Both the position numbers and the translations under genes were made by a program. Below are positions 18,627-27,973 of a stretch of DNA of 64,000 nt, piece by piece. This DNA is from Candidatus Obscuribacteraceae bacterium. GTDB lineage: Bacteria; Cyanobacteriota; Vampirovibrionia; Obscuribacterales; Obscuribacteraceae. Each line of letters opens with the position of its first letter. The stretch's first letter is position 1. The notes under the pieces were generated by a model that ran no database searches, had not been told where the DNA came from, and was given only the letters and a program-made list of their open reading frames with translations. The DNA lies in contig JBGASG010000009.1 in NCBI GenBank assembly GCA_044229845.1, forward strand, positions 64,001-128,000, given 5' to 3'.

Positions 18627-19923
18627 GACTGATGTGGATGATGCGGCTCAGCTGCGTTTGATCGATATTCAGAAACTGCAGTTTGCCGATCGTGTCGGCG
18701 CGGAGCAGGCTTTGCTGGCATTCTTGAAAAAGAGTGAGGATGCCGCAATCACTAGGGTTGAGTTGCGTCCAAAACCGGAATCGCTCAATTCGATCAATGG
18801 CTTTGTCACCTTCGGCGAGAGCGAGCGTTATTTCTTCAAGATGCACGTCGAGGAAAACGAGCGTCTCAGTGAATATTACAACGCAAAGACGCTGGCTGAT
18901 GCCGGGTATCCCGTGGTGACGGCGAAGCAAATCTCGCATCGCCCTGGCAAGCAACTTGTGCTTTACGAGATCATTGAGTTCGCTACTTTGTTTGATGTGG
19001 CGAAGGAGGCGGAGGACGAGTTGCTGCAGGCGCGTGACGTGTCGAACTTTGATGCCATCGTTGCCGCACAAAATCAGTTGGACGCGATTACAAGCTCGAT
19101 ATACGCAAAGACTCTCGCGCAGACTCCGGAAACCGAAGATCTGCCCGCGCCGATTCATCAATTGTTTTCACATCGTCTGGCAGAAGATGGACGGCTGCGA
19201 TTGTTTTATCGTGGTAAGACCATGAAGACAGAATCTGGCACCCCGATCGCTTTTGATGAACTGGCAAACATGCATTGGGTGATCAATGGGGTTCGCCACG
19301 GAGAGACTTTGAACGAGATCATCGAGCGGGCGCAAATTCAGCTGGCACCATCGGCGGGACCATCGGTGATCGGACACGGCGATGCACACAATGGAAATGT
19401 ATTCTTCGATCCCGTCGAAAATAGTTTGTTGATGTTTGATCCAGCGTTCGCAGGCCGACATCACCCGCTGTTGGATCTCACCAAACCGCTCTTCCATAAC
19501 GTCTTCGCTCGCTGGATGTATTACCCGTCCGAGGTTGACAAAGAATTTAGCCTCGCTATGGTGATGGACAAGGGTGTAATCGAGATTACTCACAATTTCG
19601 AGATCTCAGGACTGCGCAAGGCATTCCTGGAATCAAAGCTGAAATACGTCCTGCGTCCGACGCTCAAGCTGCTGCACGAGCAGGGGATGCTGCGCGGCGA
19701 CTGGCAAACTTATTTGAGATCATCGCTGTTTTGCTGTCCGTTTTTGACGGTCAACCATTTCGCTCCTTATAAGGCTGACGGAACTCTGTCCGAGCGCTAC
19801 TCCTTCTGGGTGCGCATGCTCGGGTTGTCCATGTCGGTGGAGTTGGGTTCGGGATACCGTGAGGGTAGCAACGGCATGACCGACCTGCTTGACCGTATCC
19901 TCGATTTTCCGTTTGCTGGATAA
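18619..19923 (+). CDS. Unknown protein with APH/choline-kinase-like motifs, translationally coupled to hisD
   Basis: ATG 18619 overlaps the hisD stop by 8 nt. SLNSING, YFFKMH, IGHGDAHNGNVF (Brenner HxDxxxxN), MFDPAFAG. Confidence 0.75.
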   Translation: MSETDVDDAAQLRLIDIQKLQFADRVGAEQALLAFLKKSEDAAITRVELRPKPESLNSINGFVTFGESERYFFKMHVEENERLSEYYNAKTLADAGYPVVTAKQISHRPGKQLVLYEIIEFATLFDVAKEAEDELLQARDVSNFDAIVAAQNQLDAITSSIYAKTLAQTPETEDLPAPIHQLFSHRLAEDGRLRLFYRGKTMKTESGTPIAFDELANMHWVINGVRHGETLNEIIERAQIQLAPSAGPSVIGHGDAHNGNVFFDPVENSLLMFDPAFAGRHHPLLDLTKPLFHNVFARWMYYPSEVDKEFSLAMVMDKGVIEITHNFEISGLRKAFLESKLKYVLRPTLKLLHEQGMLRGDWQTYLRSSLFCCPFLTVNHFAPYKADGTLSERYSFWVRMLGLSMSVELGSGYREGSNGMTDLLDRILDFPFAG

Positions 19924-20012
19924 GGTTTGTCCCTGCATGTCTGGACAACCGGCAGTCGCTGGTCGAAAATGTGCGTCTGACGCATTAGGCGTTGTCAAGC
20001 TTTGATTGCCAA

Positions 20013-21290
20013 ATGGAACATCGCCCAACCCTAAATCTGCTATTGCTCGATGTGGACGGAGTCCTTGTGGAACCGCTCGCTTATCGCCAGTGCATCGTCA
20101 AGACGCTGGAGATTTTAGGCAGGCAAGTGGGGCTCCGCAATCTCGAAGATGTGATGCCGACGGAATCCGACATCGCGCATATGGAAGCCTGTGGCATTCA
20201 TGATGTCTGGGATATGACCAATATCCTGTTCAGCGCGATTTTGGAGCGGATCACATTCCATCTGACCGGCACTGAGGCTCACGAGAAGAGCTTGAGCGAC
20301 CGCCTGGAGGGACTGGAGACTATCAACCAGCGCCTGACTGTTTTTCAAAAAACGCCGCTGGTTATCCAGAAACCCGGCTACACAGAAATAGCCACCGAGT
20401 TAATGAAGCGATTGCCGGCACACCCGCCTGATATCGCGTTGCAGATGGTCGAGGCGCAGATTCGCAAACAGTTTGCTGCCAGAGCCTTGATTTATTCCCT
20501 GTTGGAAATTCACAAAGCTTTCCTGATGGGAACGCGTTCTGTGTATGAGAGCTATGGCACAGGGCTTTTTCAAAACATTCTCCTTGGCAAGGATGAGTTT
20601 GAGAAGACCTACAATCTGCACAGCGAGTACAACGAGGAGCCACTGCTTCGCGTTGCTGACAAAGCGCTGATTTCTCAGCAGTCGGTTGCCATGCTGCAAC
20701 TTTTGAATGAACGCCCTGATTGCCGCGCGGCGATCTATACGGCACGTCCGAGTTTGCCCCCACCGTCGGAAGAAGCGACCGAAGGCTTCTCTCCGGAAGC
20801 GGAGATTGCGCTGGATCTGTGTGGTATGAAGGGCTTTCCCCTGGTGGGGATGGGCATGATGCAATGGCTTGCTGCCAGAACTAATTGCCGGACGGAAGAC
20901 CTGACGAAACCAAATACCACGCAAGCGCTGGCGGCATTGGCGGCGGCGATCTATCAGCAAAACGATATCGATTTATTGGAGGCGGCGTACAGAGTCGACC
21001 GCGAGGGCGAAAATCCGCACGAGCACCTGCTTGCGAATCTGGCTGAGACACCGATTCGGATCTATGTATTCGAGGACACAGTGTCAGGGATCAATCCGAT
21101 GCTGAAGGTTGCCCAGAAACTGCAGGGCGATGGATTTTCTGTGAGTGTTACCCCGATGGGTATCGCACAGCAGAAGAGCAAGCACCAGGCACTATCCATG
21201 GTGACCAAGCATGTGTTTGGCAATGTGGATTTTGCATTGCGGTTTGCCTCTCACGATATGAATACTGCAGCGAGCAGCGGGGCTCTCTAG
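20013..21290 (+). CDS. HAD-superfamily hydrolase with large cap, candidate histidinol-phosphatase
   Basis: LLLDVDGV (motif I), YTAR (motif II), TKP (motif III), VFEDTVSG (motif IV); last co-oriented gene after the his genes. Confidence 0.7.
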   Translation: MEHRPTLNLLLLDVDGVLVEPLAYRQCIVKTLEILGRQVGLRNLEDVMPTESDIAHMEACGIHDVWDMTNILFSAILERITFHLTGTEAHEKSLSDRLEGLETINQRLTVFQKTPLVIQKPGYTEIATELMKRLPAHPPDIALQMVEAQIRKQFAARALIYSLLEIHKAFLMGTRSVYESYGTGLFQNILLGKDEFEKTYNLHSEYNEEPLLRVADKALISQQSVAMLQLLNERPDCRAAIYTARPSLPPPSEEATEGFSPEAEIALDLCGMKGFPLVGMGMMQWLAARTNCRTEDLTKPNTTQALAALAAAIYQQNDIDLLEAAYRVDREGENPHEHLLANLAETPIRIYVFEDTVSGINPMLKVAQKLQGDGFSVSVTPMGIAQQKSKHQALSMVTKHVFGNVDFALRFASHDMNTAASSGAL

Positions 21291-22027
21291 GATAGGGACT
21301 GCCCGGTTTTGGGCTTGGGCTTAGGCATTTCGTCCCAAGTGCGACCTTCGAGCAGTCGACCGGCGGCTTTCTTATTGCGACCGCCCCACTGTTTGAAGAA
21401 GAAAGCGACGTTTTGTTCTTTGCACTGATCGCGAATGGTGGTTACCCAATCCTTATCTATGGGGCGGGAACGATGGCCGGATTCGCCACCGACAATCACC
21501 CAGTCGATGCCGGTGAGATCGAGGTTGTCTCCGAGCGGACCAATTAATGGCTCGATGGAGAGAAACTTGGTGTGAGCCCGCGTACGTCGCAAATGATCGA
21601 TGCGGTATTTGTAGTCGGCGTTTTCTACGCTTACCCCCTGCCAGATATGGGGGCACCAGGGCAGGATGGGATCAATCTCTTCGAGACGTTCCGCGCGTTT
21701 CGTGAGGATTTGGAACGTGTGCCATTTTGCTTGCTTCATCACCTGGAAGATTTTCAGAATAAATTCTTGCGGCACATCCTTGTGGTAGAGGTCGCTCATC
21801 GAGTTCACGAAGATGCGCTTGGGCTTCCGCCAGGAAAGTGGTAGCTCCAGGCGATTGGGCCACATTTTTAGATCGAATCCTTGTTCATAAGGATGGTCTG
21901 GAACTCCACGAAAGCGTTCCGCGAAAGTCTCCGCATAGCAGTTTGCGCAACCCGGACTGATCTTGTGGCACCCGGTGATTGGGTTCCACGTGGCGTCGGT
22001 CCATTCAATGCTGGAGTTATCACTCAT
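21287..22027 (-). CDS. DUF5131 (phage Gp37/Gp68) family radical-SAM-like protein
   Basis: [61 protein letters not shown]. Confidence 0.9.
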   Translation of the reverse strand: MSDNSSIEWTDATWNPITGCHKISPGCANCYAETFAERFRGVPDHPYEQGFDLKMWPNRLELPLSWRKPKRIFVNSMSDLYHKDVPQEFILKIFQVMKQAKWHTFQILTKRAERLEEIDPILPWCPHIWQGVSVENADYKYRIDHLRRTRAHTKFLSIEPLIGPLGDNLDLTGIDWVIVGGESGHRSRPIDKDWVTTIRDQCKEQNVAFFFKQWGGRNKKAAGRLLEGRTWDEMPKPKPKTGQSLS

Positions 22028-22163
22028 GCCCGATGTTCTCCTCGGAATACTTTAGCGTGCTAGAGGCAAGGTTGCCAGGGAATGTGTTAAAACTCGAGCA
22101 TACTCACGTGTACACGCTCGCATTTTTCTCGCTGGTGCCTCGCGCCGTGCGCCCTGATGAGTC

Positions 22164-22189
22164 GAAAGAAATTCCGCGAAAATTCTTGC
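22164..22189. repeat. Degenerate copy of 26-bp palindrome
   Basis: GAAAGAAATTCCGCGAAAATTCTTGC, 22/26 identical to 23066-23091. Confidence 0.6.
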
Positions 22190-22404
22190 CAGGCACCGCG
22201 GGCGGTACGAAGGTTCTCAAGATTTCCAGTGAGCCTGGGCCCATAGTGCCCTAGCTCATCGAGGCGTTTCAGCGGAATTCTCCGTGCAAAAAATCACGCA
22301 ATCTCTTGCGGAGGTAAAGTCCTCGTGCATTTTTTCTTTGGCTTGCGATTGAACTTTTTGCCACCATCCGACGTTTAAAAAGAAGTACTTCACCCCACTC
22401 CGAA

Positions 22405-23019
22405 ATGGAGGATTTGCATATGGCAATTAAACAAATCAGGGAGCATTTCAAAAACCTTGGTCCGCTAGAGATATTTTGCACGCGGGATTTGCTGCAATAC
22501 GGAAAGCGTACGGCAGTTGATACCGCCACCTTCAGACTAGTGAAGCAAAAGGAGATAAAGAGACTCGCTAGTGGAGTGTTTATAAAATACAACGATTCTG
22601 GACTACGCCCGTCGGATGAGGAGATCGCGATGGCAAAAGCGAAAGCATTTGATCGTCAGATAGTGGAGATTAGCCGAGCTCTAGCATTGGAGCTGGGAGT
22701 ACCTATCAATGAAAATGCTGATGCGTATTTTGCTACGAATGGGCGGACAACGCAGTTCATGATTGAAAAAAAAAGACTCGTTCAATTCGTTGGGGTCGCA
22801 CCAAGAAAGGTGGAACTCGGAAGAACCAGAGTTGGAACGGAATTGAGGACGTTCTGGAAGATTGGGAAACGCTCTCTCCCCTCCGTAAGAGTTCGGCTCC
22901 TCGCAAATAACTGGTCTTGGCGCGATGCGAACGAATGCGCGGGGAGGATCAGGCAATTGCCTCAGTGGCTCTCTGAGATGCTGGGTCTTCCTCGCGCCGC
23001 GCTGCACGGCGCGGCGTAG
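22405..23019 (+). CDS. DUF6088 / AbiEi-antitoxin-like wHTH protein
   Basis: IFCTRDLL..G.R.AVD....RLV....I.RLA.GVF; visibly AT-richer than its neighbours. Confidence 0.65.
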   Translation: MEDLHMAIKQIREHFKNLGPLEIFCTRDLLQYGKRTAVDTATFRLVKQKEIKRLASGVFIKYNDSGLRPSDEEIAMAKAKAFDRQIVEISRALALELGVPINENADAYFATNGRTTQFMIEKKRLVQFVGVAPRKVELGRTRVGTELRTFWKIGKRSLPSVRVRLLANNWSWRDANECAGRIRQLPQWLSEMLGLPRAALHGAA

Positions 23020-23065
23020 TCACGCGCCGCCCGCCCGCCGGCGCGCTCTGGCTCATAGCGTGACC

Positions 23066-23091
23066 GCAAGAATTTTCTCGAAAATTCTTGC
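23066..23091. repeat. Perfect 12-bp-arm palindrome between convergent genes
   Basis: GCAAGAATTTTC-TC-GAAAATTCTTGC. Confidence 0.75.
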
Positions 23092-23111
23092 CGCGCCAGC
23101 GGGATGAGAAA

Positions 23112-23786
23112 TCAGGCAGCAGGCAAAACAATGGCAAAAGTAAGCCCGTCGTAGCCCTTGCATCCAACTGTCTGAATTGCGGTGGCACTAACGCGTGATT
23201 CGGCACCGACTCTCTCATGAAACAACCGCATTCCCCTGACGTTGGGATCCTCGCTGGCACCATCTATGATGGCGCCCTGGCGAATCACGTTGTCGGCCAC
23301 GATTAAAGTCCCCGGTCGTGACAACTTCAGCGCCCAATCAAAGTACTCAGGGTAAGCAGGCTTGTCCGCATCAATGAAGATCATATCGAAGGGACCGATG
23401 TTATCTTGAGCGAGCTGAGGCAGGCTGTCCAGCGCCCTACCAACTCGCACTTCGACTGCCTTAGCCAGACCGGCGCGCTCGATGTTTGTGCGCGCCACTT
23501 CAGCGTGTTTCGGTTCATACTCAAGGGTAATCAACTTCCCATCGGCCGACAAACCGCGGGCTAACCAGATGGTGCTGTACCCACCCAAGGTGCCGATTTC
23601 TAGGATGCGCCGAGCGTTCATCGCCCGCGCCAGGATCATCAGCAGCTTGCCTTGATTAGGGGCAACTTGAATGGCGGGCAACCCAGACTCTGTACTCAGT
23701 TGTAGCGCCGCATCCAGAATCACATCTGGGGGCATCATCAGATCGCTGATGTATGTGTCGACTGCGGACCATTGTTCCTGGGTCAT
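23112..23786 (-). CDS. O-methyltransferase (caffeoyl-CoA/COMT-like)
   Basis: ILEIGTLGGYSTIW, FDMIFIDADK, IVADNV, KGYDG. Confidence 0.92.
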   Translation of the reverse strand: MTQEQWSAVDTYISDLMMPPDVILDAALQLSTESGLPAIQVAPNQGKLLMILARAMNARRILEIGTLGGYSTIWLARGLSADGKLITLEYEPKHAEVARTNIERAGLAKAVEVRVGRALDSLPQLAQDNIGPFDMIFIDADKPAYPEYFDWALKLSRPGTLIVADNVIRQGAIIDGASEDPNVRGMRLFHERVGAESRVSATAIQTVGCKGYDGLTFAIVLPAA

Positions 23787-23838
23787 CTGTTCGTTTCCTT
23801 CCTGTATCCAGTGCGCCGTGATTCAGCATGCCGGGCGG

Positions 23839-24600
23839 TTATTTCATCTCAACCTCGACGATCCCTCGCTGCTCCTGCTCCGCTTTTGTTGCCTTCTCGA
23901 GAAATGCCCATTTTGTTGCCGACAGCCTGTGATTTGGGTTGAACGTGTACCAGACATAACATGGGAACGGTGTACCCCCCAGTGTGATGTTCCAAGCTTC
24001 CATGCGACAGTTGACCGCGCGGTATGCCACCCATCGCCAGTAGCTTCTGTCCTTGTTCTTTGTTGTTGCATAAACAAGCTCTTGATGCAGAAGTACGGGA
24101 GTTGTGCCACCACCGCGAAGGCGCACCAGATCCTCGATTGTATTTTTCTTCTCGTCGCTATTGAAGTATCCCGCTAATCTGAATCCACGCGGAGTTCCGT
24201 TCTTGTCGAAAAGCAGAATTGTCACTTCCCTCGGTGGCGCAATGCCGCATGCTGCGGTGTTGGTAATCAGCAACAAGTCCGGATGACCATTTCTGTCCAG
24301 ATCCGCCTGGTAGAGCGTGCCGCCGAAACCAATGGGATCCCGTTCAAAAGACCACGGCTTACCAGATTTACTCGTTCCTTTTAGCGAGAAAACATCGCCT
24401 TGATTGGACAATTTGACGTTTCCTAACTGAAGAGTTTGAGCCGGCTTGACCTCCGCCAGCTGCTTCAGAGAAATCGGTTTCATTTTGCCTAGAACACCCG
24501 CTGGCAGGTAGTCTTCGATGTATGCGAGGACCGGAGTGCACATTCCAATGACCAGCAATATTGCTAGAGTCGGCGGCAGTAGTAGCGACCGTGATTTCAT
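23839..24600 (-). CDS. Hypothetical exported protein
   Basis: Signal peptide from MKSRSLLL; contains a DLDRNGHPD Ca-loop-like motif. Confidence 0.6.
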   Translation of the reverse strand: MKSRSLLLPPTLAILLVIGMCTPVLAYIEDYLPAGVLGKMKPISLKQLAEVKPAQTLQLGNVKLSNQGDVFSLKGTSKSGKPWSFERDPIGFGGTLYQADLDRNGHPDLLLITNTAACGIAPPREVTILLFDKNGTPRGFRLAGYFNSDEKKNTIEDLVRLRGGGTTPVLLHQELVYATTKNKDRSYWRWVAYRAVNCRMEAWNITLGGTPFPCYVWYTFNPNHRLSATKWAFLEKATKAEQEQRGIVEVEMK

Positions 24601-24663
24601 GGGACTCATTGTCTCATGAGCTGAGTCTCTATGGTATAAAGAGACAGTTCGGCAGGAAGCACC

Positions 24664-27600
24664 TTGAATCCGCTCAACGTAATTGCCACACTTCGCAAGT
24701 TTGGAAACTTCCTGGTTGGGTTGTTCCCCTTTCTGGCAGTTGTCGGTGCGAAACTCTCCAAGTTGACTGGAACAGTCTGGCTCGAGAAGGTGATCGCCTG
24801 GCTGAAAGCGCACAAACGCCTTGCTCCCGTCGGCAATGCCATCGAACGTTTCTTCTGGAAAGACTACGCTCGTGATCGGCTGGTGGCGGACACTTTTCCG
24901 GCCGGCACACTAACACTGCTGCGCGTGTCTTCGCTTGTCACCCTGGCGCTGACTCTTTGCACGCCGCTGGCATTTGTTTTGACGAAAGCAGCTGTGCCGG
25001 TGGAACTTAATTCCGGTACCATCAGCAGTGCACCGCTCTGGGTCGTTTACCTCTGGATCATCGGTGCGTCCCTCGGTTGGGGCGCTATCCTGGCTGGCGC
25101 CGCCCAGTGTCATCGCGTCATTTTCGCGGTGCTGGCAGTCGCCTGCGTCTGGTTTGTCGGCTCTTGCGCACTATTTTCGCCGCGGTCTTACTTCAACTGG
25201 TTGTTGCCTGCAGCTATCTACCTGGCGATTCACTACAGTGGCTACAAATCGGTGCGCGCCGAAGGAGCTCGCAATTTTCCGGCGGTGCTGAGTGCGCTGG
25301 TCGCCGGCAGTGCTGCCGGAATGTTCCTTGTCGTACTGTGTCCGCTCGGTGCCCTGGCCAAACCTTACGGACTTCAGTGGGGCGCAGCCGTCGGCAGCGT
25401 ACTTGGTTTGATTGCTTTGCTGACTGCCAATCAAAAGGAGGAGCCAGCCGCTGCAATTGAGAGTGAAGAACTTGCTGCGCCGGTTGTCACCATGACGTTC
25501 ACACTGATGCCTTTGATTCTCGCGTTTAGCTTTAGCGTTGTGATTCGTGGTGGCGTCAGTCCATTTGCAGGGCAGATGATCGCCTCTCTACAGCAGTGGA
25601 ATGGATTCTTATGGCCGCTCTGGTATTTCGTCGGCGTCGGGATCGTTTACAAGTTGCTGAAGAACGCCAAGATCATGACTTATACGGTGCGCGACCTTTT
25701 GTCGGCCCGCATATTCAATCCGCTGGCGGTTTTGATCATTATCGTGGCCGCGCTGGTTGTCTGCAGCGGCGAACTGCGTGGTGAACTGAGTAGGGTTGAT
25801 GCGTTGTTGCCTGTGGCTGTTTTCTTCAATAATGTGCATCACGCCAATGGCTGGTTCTGGAGTCAGCAGTTGAATCAGCTGGCGGCGCCGTGGATGTCTT
25901 ATATCCTGCTGTTTGACCTGACAGCAATCTTGTGGATGGCGATCAGAAAGCAGCTGAACGAAGAGCGGCTGGTGACCATGCTCTACTTCACGACTCTTTG
26001 CTGGCTGCTCATCTACGAATACCAATTCCAGTTTTCGTCATTTGCCCAGAGTCCCGGTCATAACGTGATGGTGGTCGTCACCTTTGCTGTCTGGCTCTTG
26101 TGGCTGTTTCATACATCGGTGTTTGCCATGTGCTCGCAGTCCACGCGCAGCTGGCCAAAGGGCGGCCGAATAGGACTATATTGCGGATTGATCAGCCTGT
26201 GTCTGTTGATGATCGCGGCTCGTACCGTCGTCAAAGACTTCAAAGTGACCAACGAAATTTTTCTTGTCATGTTCAGAGGCATCATTGATATCGGGTTGCC
26301 GTACTTTCTTTATGTACTTTCGGTTAGACGGTTTGAGCGGCTTCCGATCAGGGTTTTGCGGGTGTTCCAGTGCTTCTGCGCCGGGGCGCTTGTTACTTTT
26401 CCCTTCAATCTGCTGGACAAACTAGCACTCTCTGATTGGTCACTCTATCGGTTTTTCGAATTGCTCAAACATGAAGTCGCCAATCTGAGCACGCACGGCT
26501 ACCTGGAGGGGTTCACAGTCATTTTGCCCGGGGCATGGGTCTTGATCCGCTCGCTTCTATACTCAGCACTTCTGGTGGCACTCTTCCTGGTTGGACGAAA
26601 ACGTCTCGTCAAGGACGATGCGCAATTTCCAGCCGCTATCATTTTTGCTTTGCTATCGTTTGCCAGCGGATTTGGATCATTCTGCAAGACCAATGTTGAT
26701 CTGCCTTTGCCACCACTGCTGACAGCACTGGTCATGCCGTTCAACGTCTCTTATTCAATCGACTGGAACTGGATCTTCTCGTACCTGGCAGTACTGTTGC
26801 CCTGTTTGTTCTTTGCGTTGCTGACCACCGCCGGCAAGGCTCTGTCAAATGTGAAACTGGTTGGCGTGGGGCTGATGACTTCCGTCATTACCTTCTGCTT
26901 TTGGACGGCTTATCCTCGATATGAAAGCTACCTGCAATCGACAAACTTGATGAACACGTTGCTTGCCGCATGCAGCATGTTGTTTCTCTACATGATCTTC
27001 CACATCGTCTGGAAACTAGAGAGTACTGCGGACATTCTGAAAAAAAGCAAACCGGAGACGACTGAGTCGGTGCTTCTCGAAGAGGAAGATTCGATGGATT
27101 CAGAGCTGCAGTTTGTAACCATGGGAGAAGAGGAGGAAACACCAGCGCCTGACGCTGACGGCACTGCAGCACCGGAAGTTAAACCACTAGTCGGTGTACG
27201 CGGACTGACGGCTTTGACGGCCGCTGCGTGCATTTGTTTTATCGCCTTTGGATTCTATAGAGGAAACGCCAAGCGTCTGATTCCGCAATCTGTGCCACCA
27301 CTGAATGCCACCATGAAGCTGCCCGCGGATTGGCAGCCCGGGAAATCTGGCGGAGGACCGTCCGCTATATTTATCTCACCGGGACAAGGACTGAATTCAA
27401 CTCTGGAGATCGGTACGCTTCCTTCTAATCCTGAGGGTGTGGAAGCTCTGGCCATCGCCTTGGCGAAGACCTGCGAGAGCAAACAGGTGCTGCCGAAGTT
27501 CGCCACGCAAAACATATTGCGCTGGCGCGAGATTCCGGGTAAGCCAGCCGCAATATACTTTCGGTTTACGATTAAAGTCGGCGAGATCGAGATGCCTCGC

Positions 27601-27753
27601 TTTGGTGTCACGGCCCTCGTCCCTCGCGATGATGGAAAGACTGAATACTTGACGATATGCTGCTTCGCCGATGAATCGGACGAGCGTATCGGCGATCTCA
27701 AACGTATTCTGCAAGCGCAGGCAAGCAGCGCAAATCCGTTGCTGGGCAAATAG
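24664..27753 (+). CDS. Large polytopic membrane protein of unknown function with C-terminal soluble domain
   Basis: 1029-aa ORF with many hydrophobic segments, an acidic linker and a C-terminal MKLPADW (PsbP-like) domain. Confidence 0.75.
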   Translation: MNPLNVIATLRKFGNFLVGLFPFLAVVGAKLSKLTGTVWLEKVIAWLKAHKRLAPVGNAIERFFWKDYARDRLVADTFPAGTLTLLRVSSLVTLALTLCTPLAFVLTKAAVPVELNSGTISSAPLWVVYLWIIGASLGWGAILAGAAQCHRVIFAVLAVACVWFVGSCALFSPRSYFNWLLPAAIYLAIHYSGYKSVRAEGARNFPAVLSALVAGSAAGMFLVVLCPLGALAKPYGLQWGAAVGSVLGLIALLTANQKEEPAAAIESEELAAPVVTMTFTLMPLILAFSFSVVIRGGVSPFAGQMIASLQQWNGFLWPLWYFVGVGIVYKLLKNAKIMTYTVRDLLSARIFNPLAVLIIIVAALVVCSGELRGELSRVDALLPVAVFFNNVHHANGWFWSQQLNQLAAPWMSYILLFDLTAILWMAIRKQLNEERLVTMLYFTTLCWLLIYEYQFQFSSFAQSPGHNVMVVVTFAVWLLWLFHTSVFAMCSQSTRSWPKGGRIGLYCGLISLCLLMIAARTVVKDFKVTNEIFLVMFRGIIDIGLPYFLYVLSVRRFERLPIRVLRVFQCFCAGALVTFPFNLLDKLALSDWSLYRFFELLKHEVANLSTHGYLEGFTVILPGAWVLIRSLLYSALLVALFLVGRKRLVKDDAQFPAAIIFALLSFASGFGSFCKTNVDLPLPPLLTALVMPFNVSYSIDWNWIFSYLAVLLPCLFFALLTTAGKALSNVKLVGVGLMTSVITFCFWTAYPRYESYLQSTNLMNTLLAACSMLFLYMIFHIVWKLESTADILKKSKPETTESVLLEEEDSMDSELQFVTMGEEEETPAPDADGTAAPEVKPLVGVRGLTALTAAACICFIAFGFYRGNAKRLIPQSVPPLNATMKLPADWQPGKSGGGPSAIFISPGQGLNSTLEIGTLPSNPEGVEALAIALAKTCESKQVLPKFATQNILRWREIPGKPAAIYFRFTIKVGEIEMPRFGVTALVPRDDGKTEYLTICCFADESDERIGDLKRILQAQASSANPLLGK

Positions 27754-27789
27754 AAAAACACGGCGCAAGTAAAAGCAACTTGCGCCGTG
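27754..27789 (-). terminator. Intrinsic terminator between convergent genes
   Basis: CACGGCGCAAGT-7 nt-ACTTGCGCCGTG preceded by AAAAA (U-tract on the minus strand). Confidence 0.8.
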
Positions 27790-27973
27790 AGAGCTGATAC
27801 CGCACACGCCAATGCGCGGTGTTCAGAGGTGCCGCCAACGTCCTCACCAGAGACTGTTACGTGGGGTGATGGGTATTGCAGGGAACATTTCGCCCTTAAG
27901 CATGAATGATGGATAGGCTGGAGTCAGTACGTAATTGCGTACGCGGACAGTCGGGGTCGCACACACAGACCGG

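Noticed and set aside
22154..22200. Hammerhead-ribozyme-like CTGATGA-GTCGAAAGA...GAAA
   Set aside because: Stem II pairs poorly and I could not build stems I and III with a cleavage triplet. The segment is better explained as part of the palindrome copy.
21287..23019. Prophage
   Set aside because: Only DUF5131 and DUF6088 are present; there is no integrase, terminase or structural gene.
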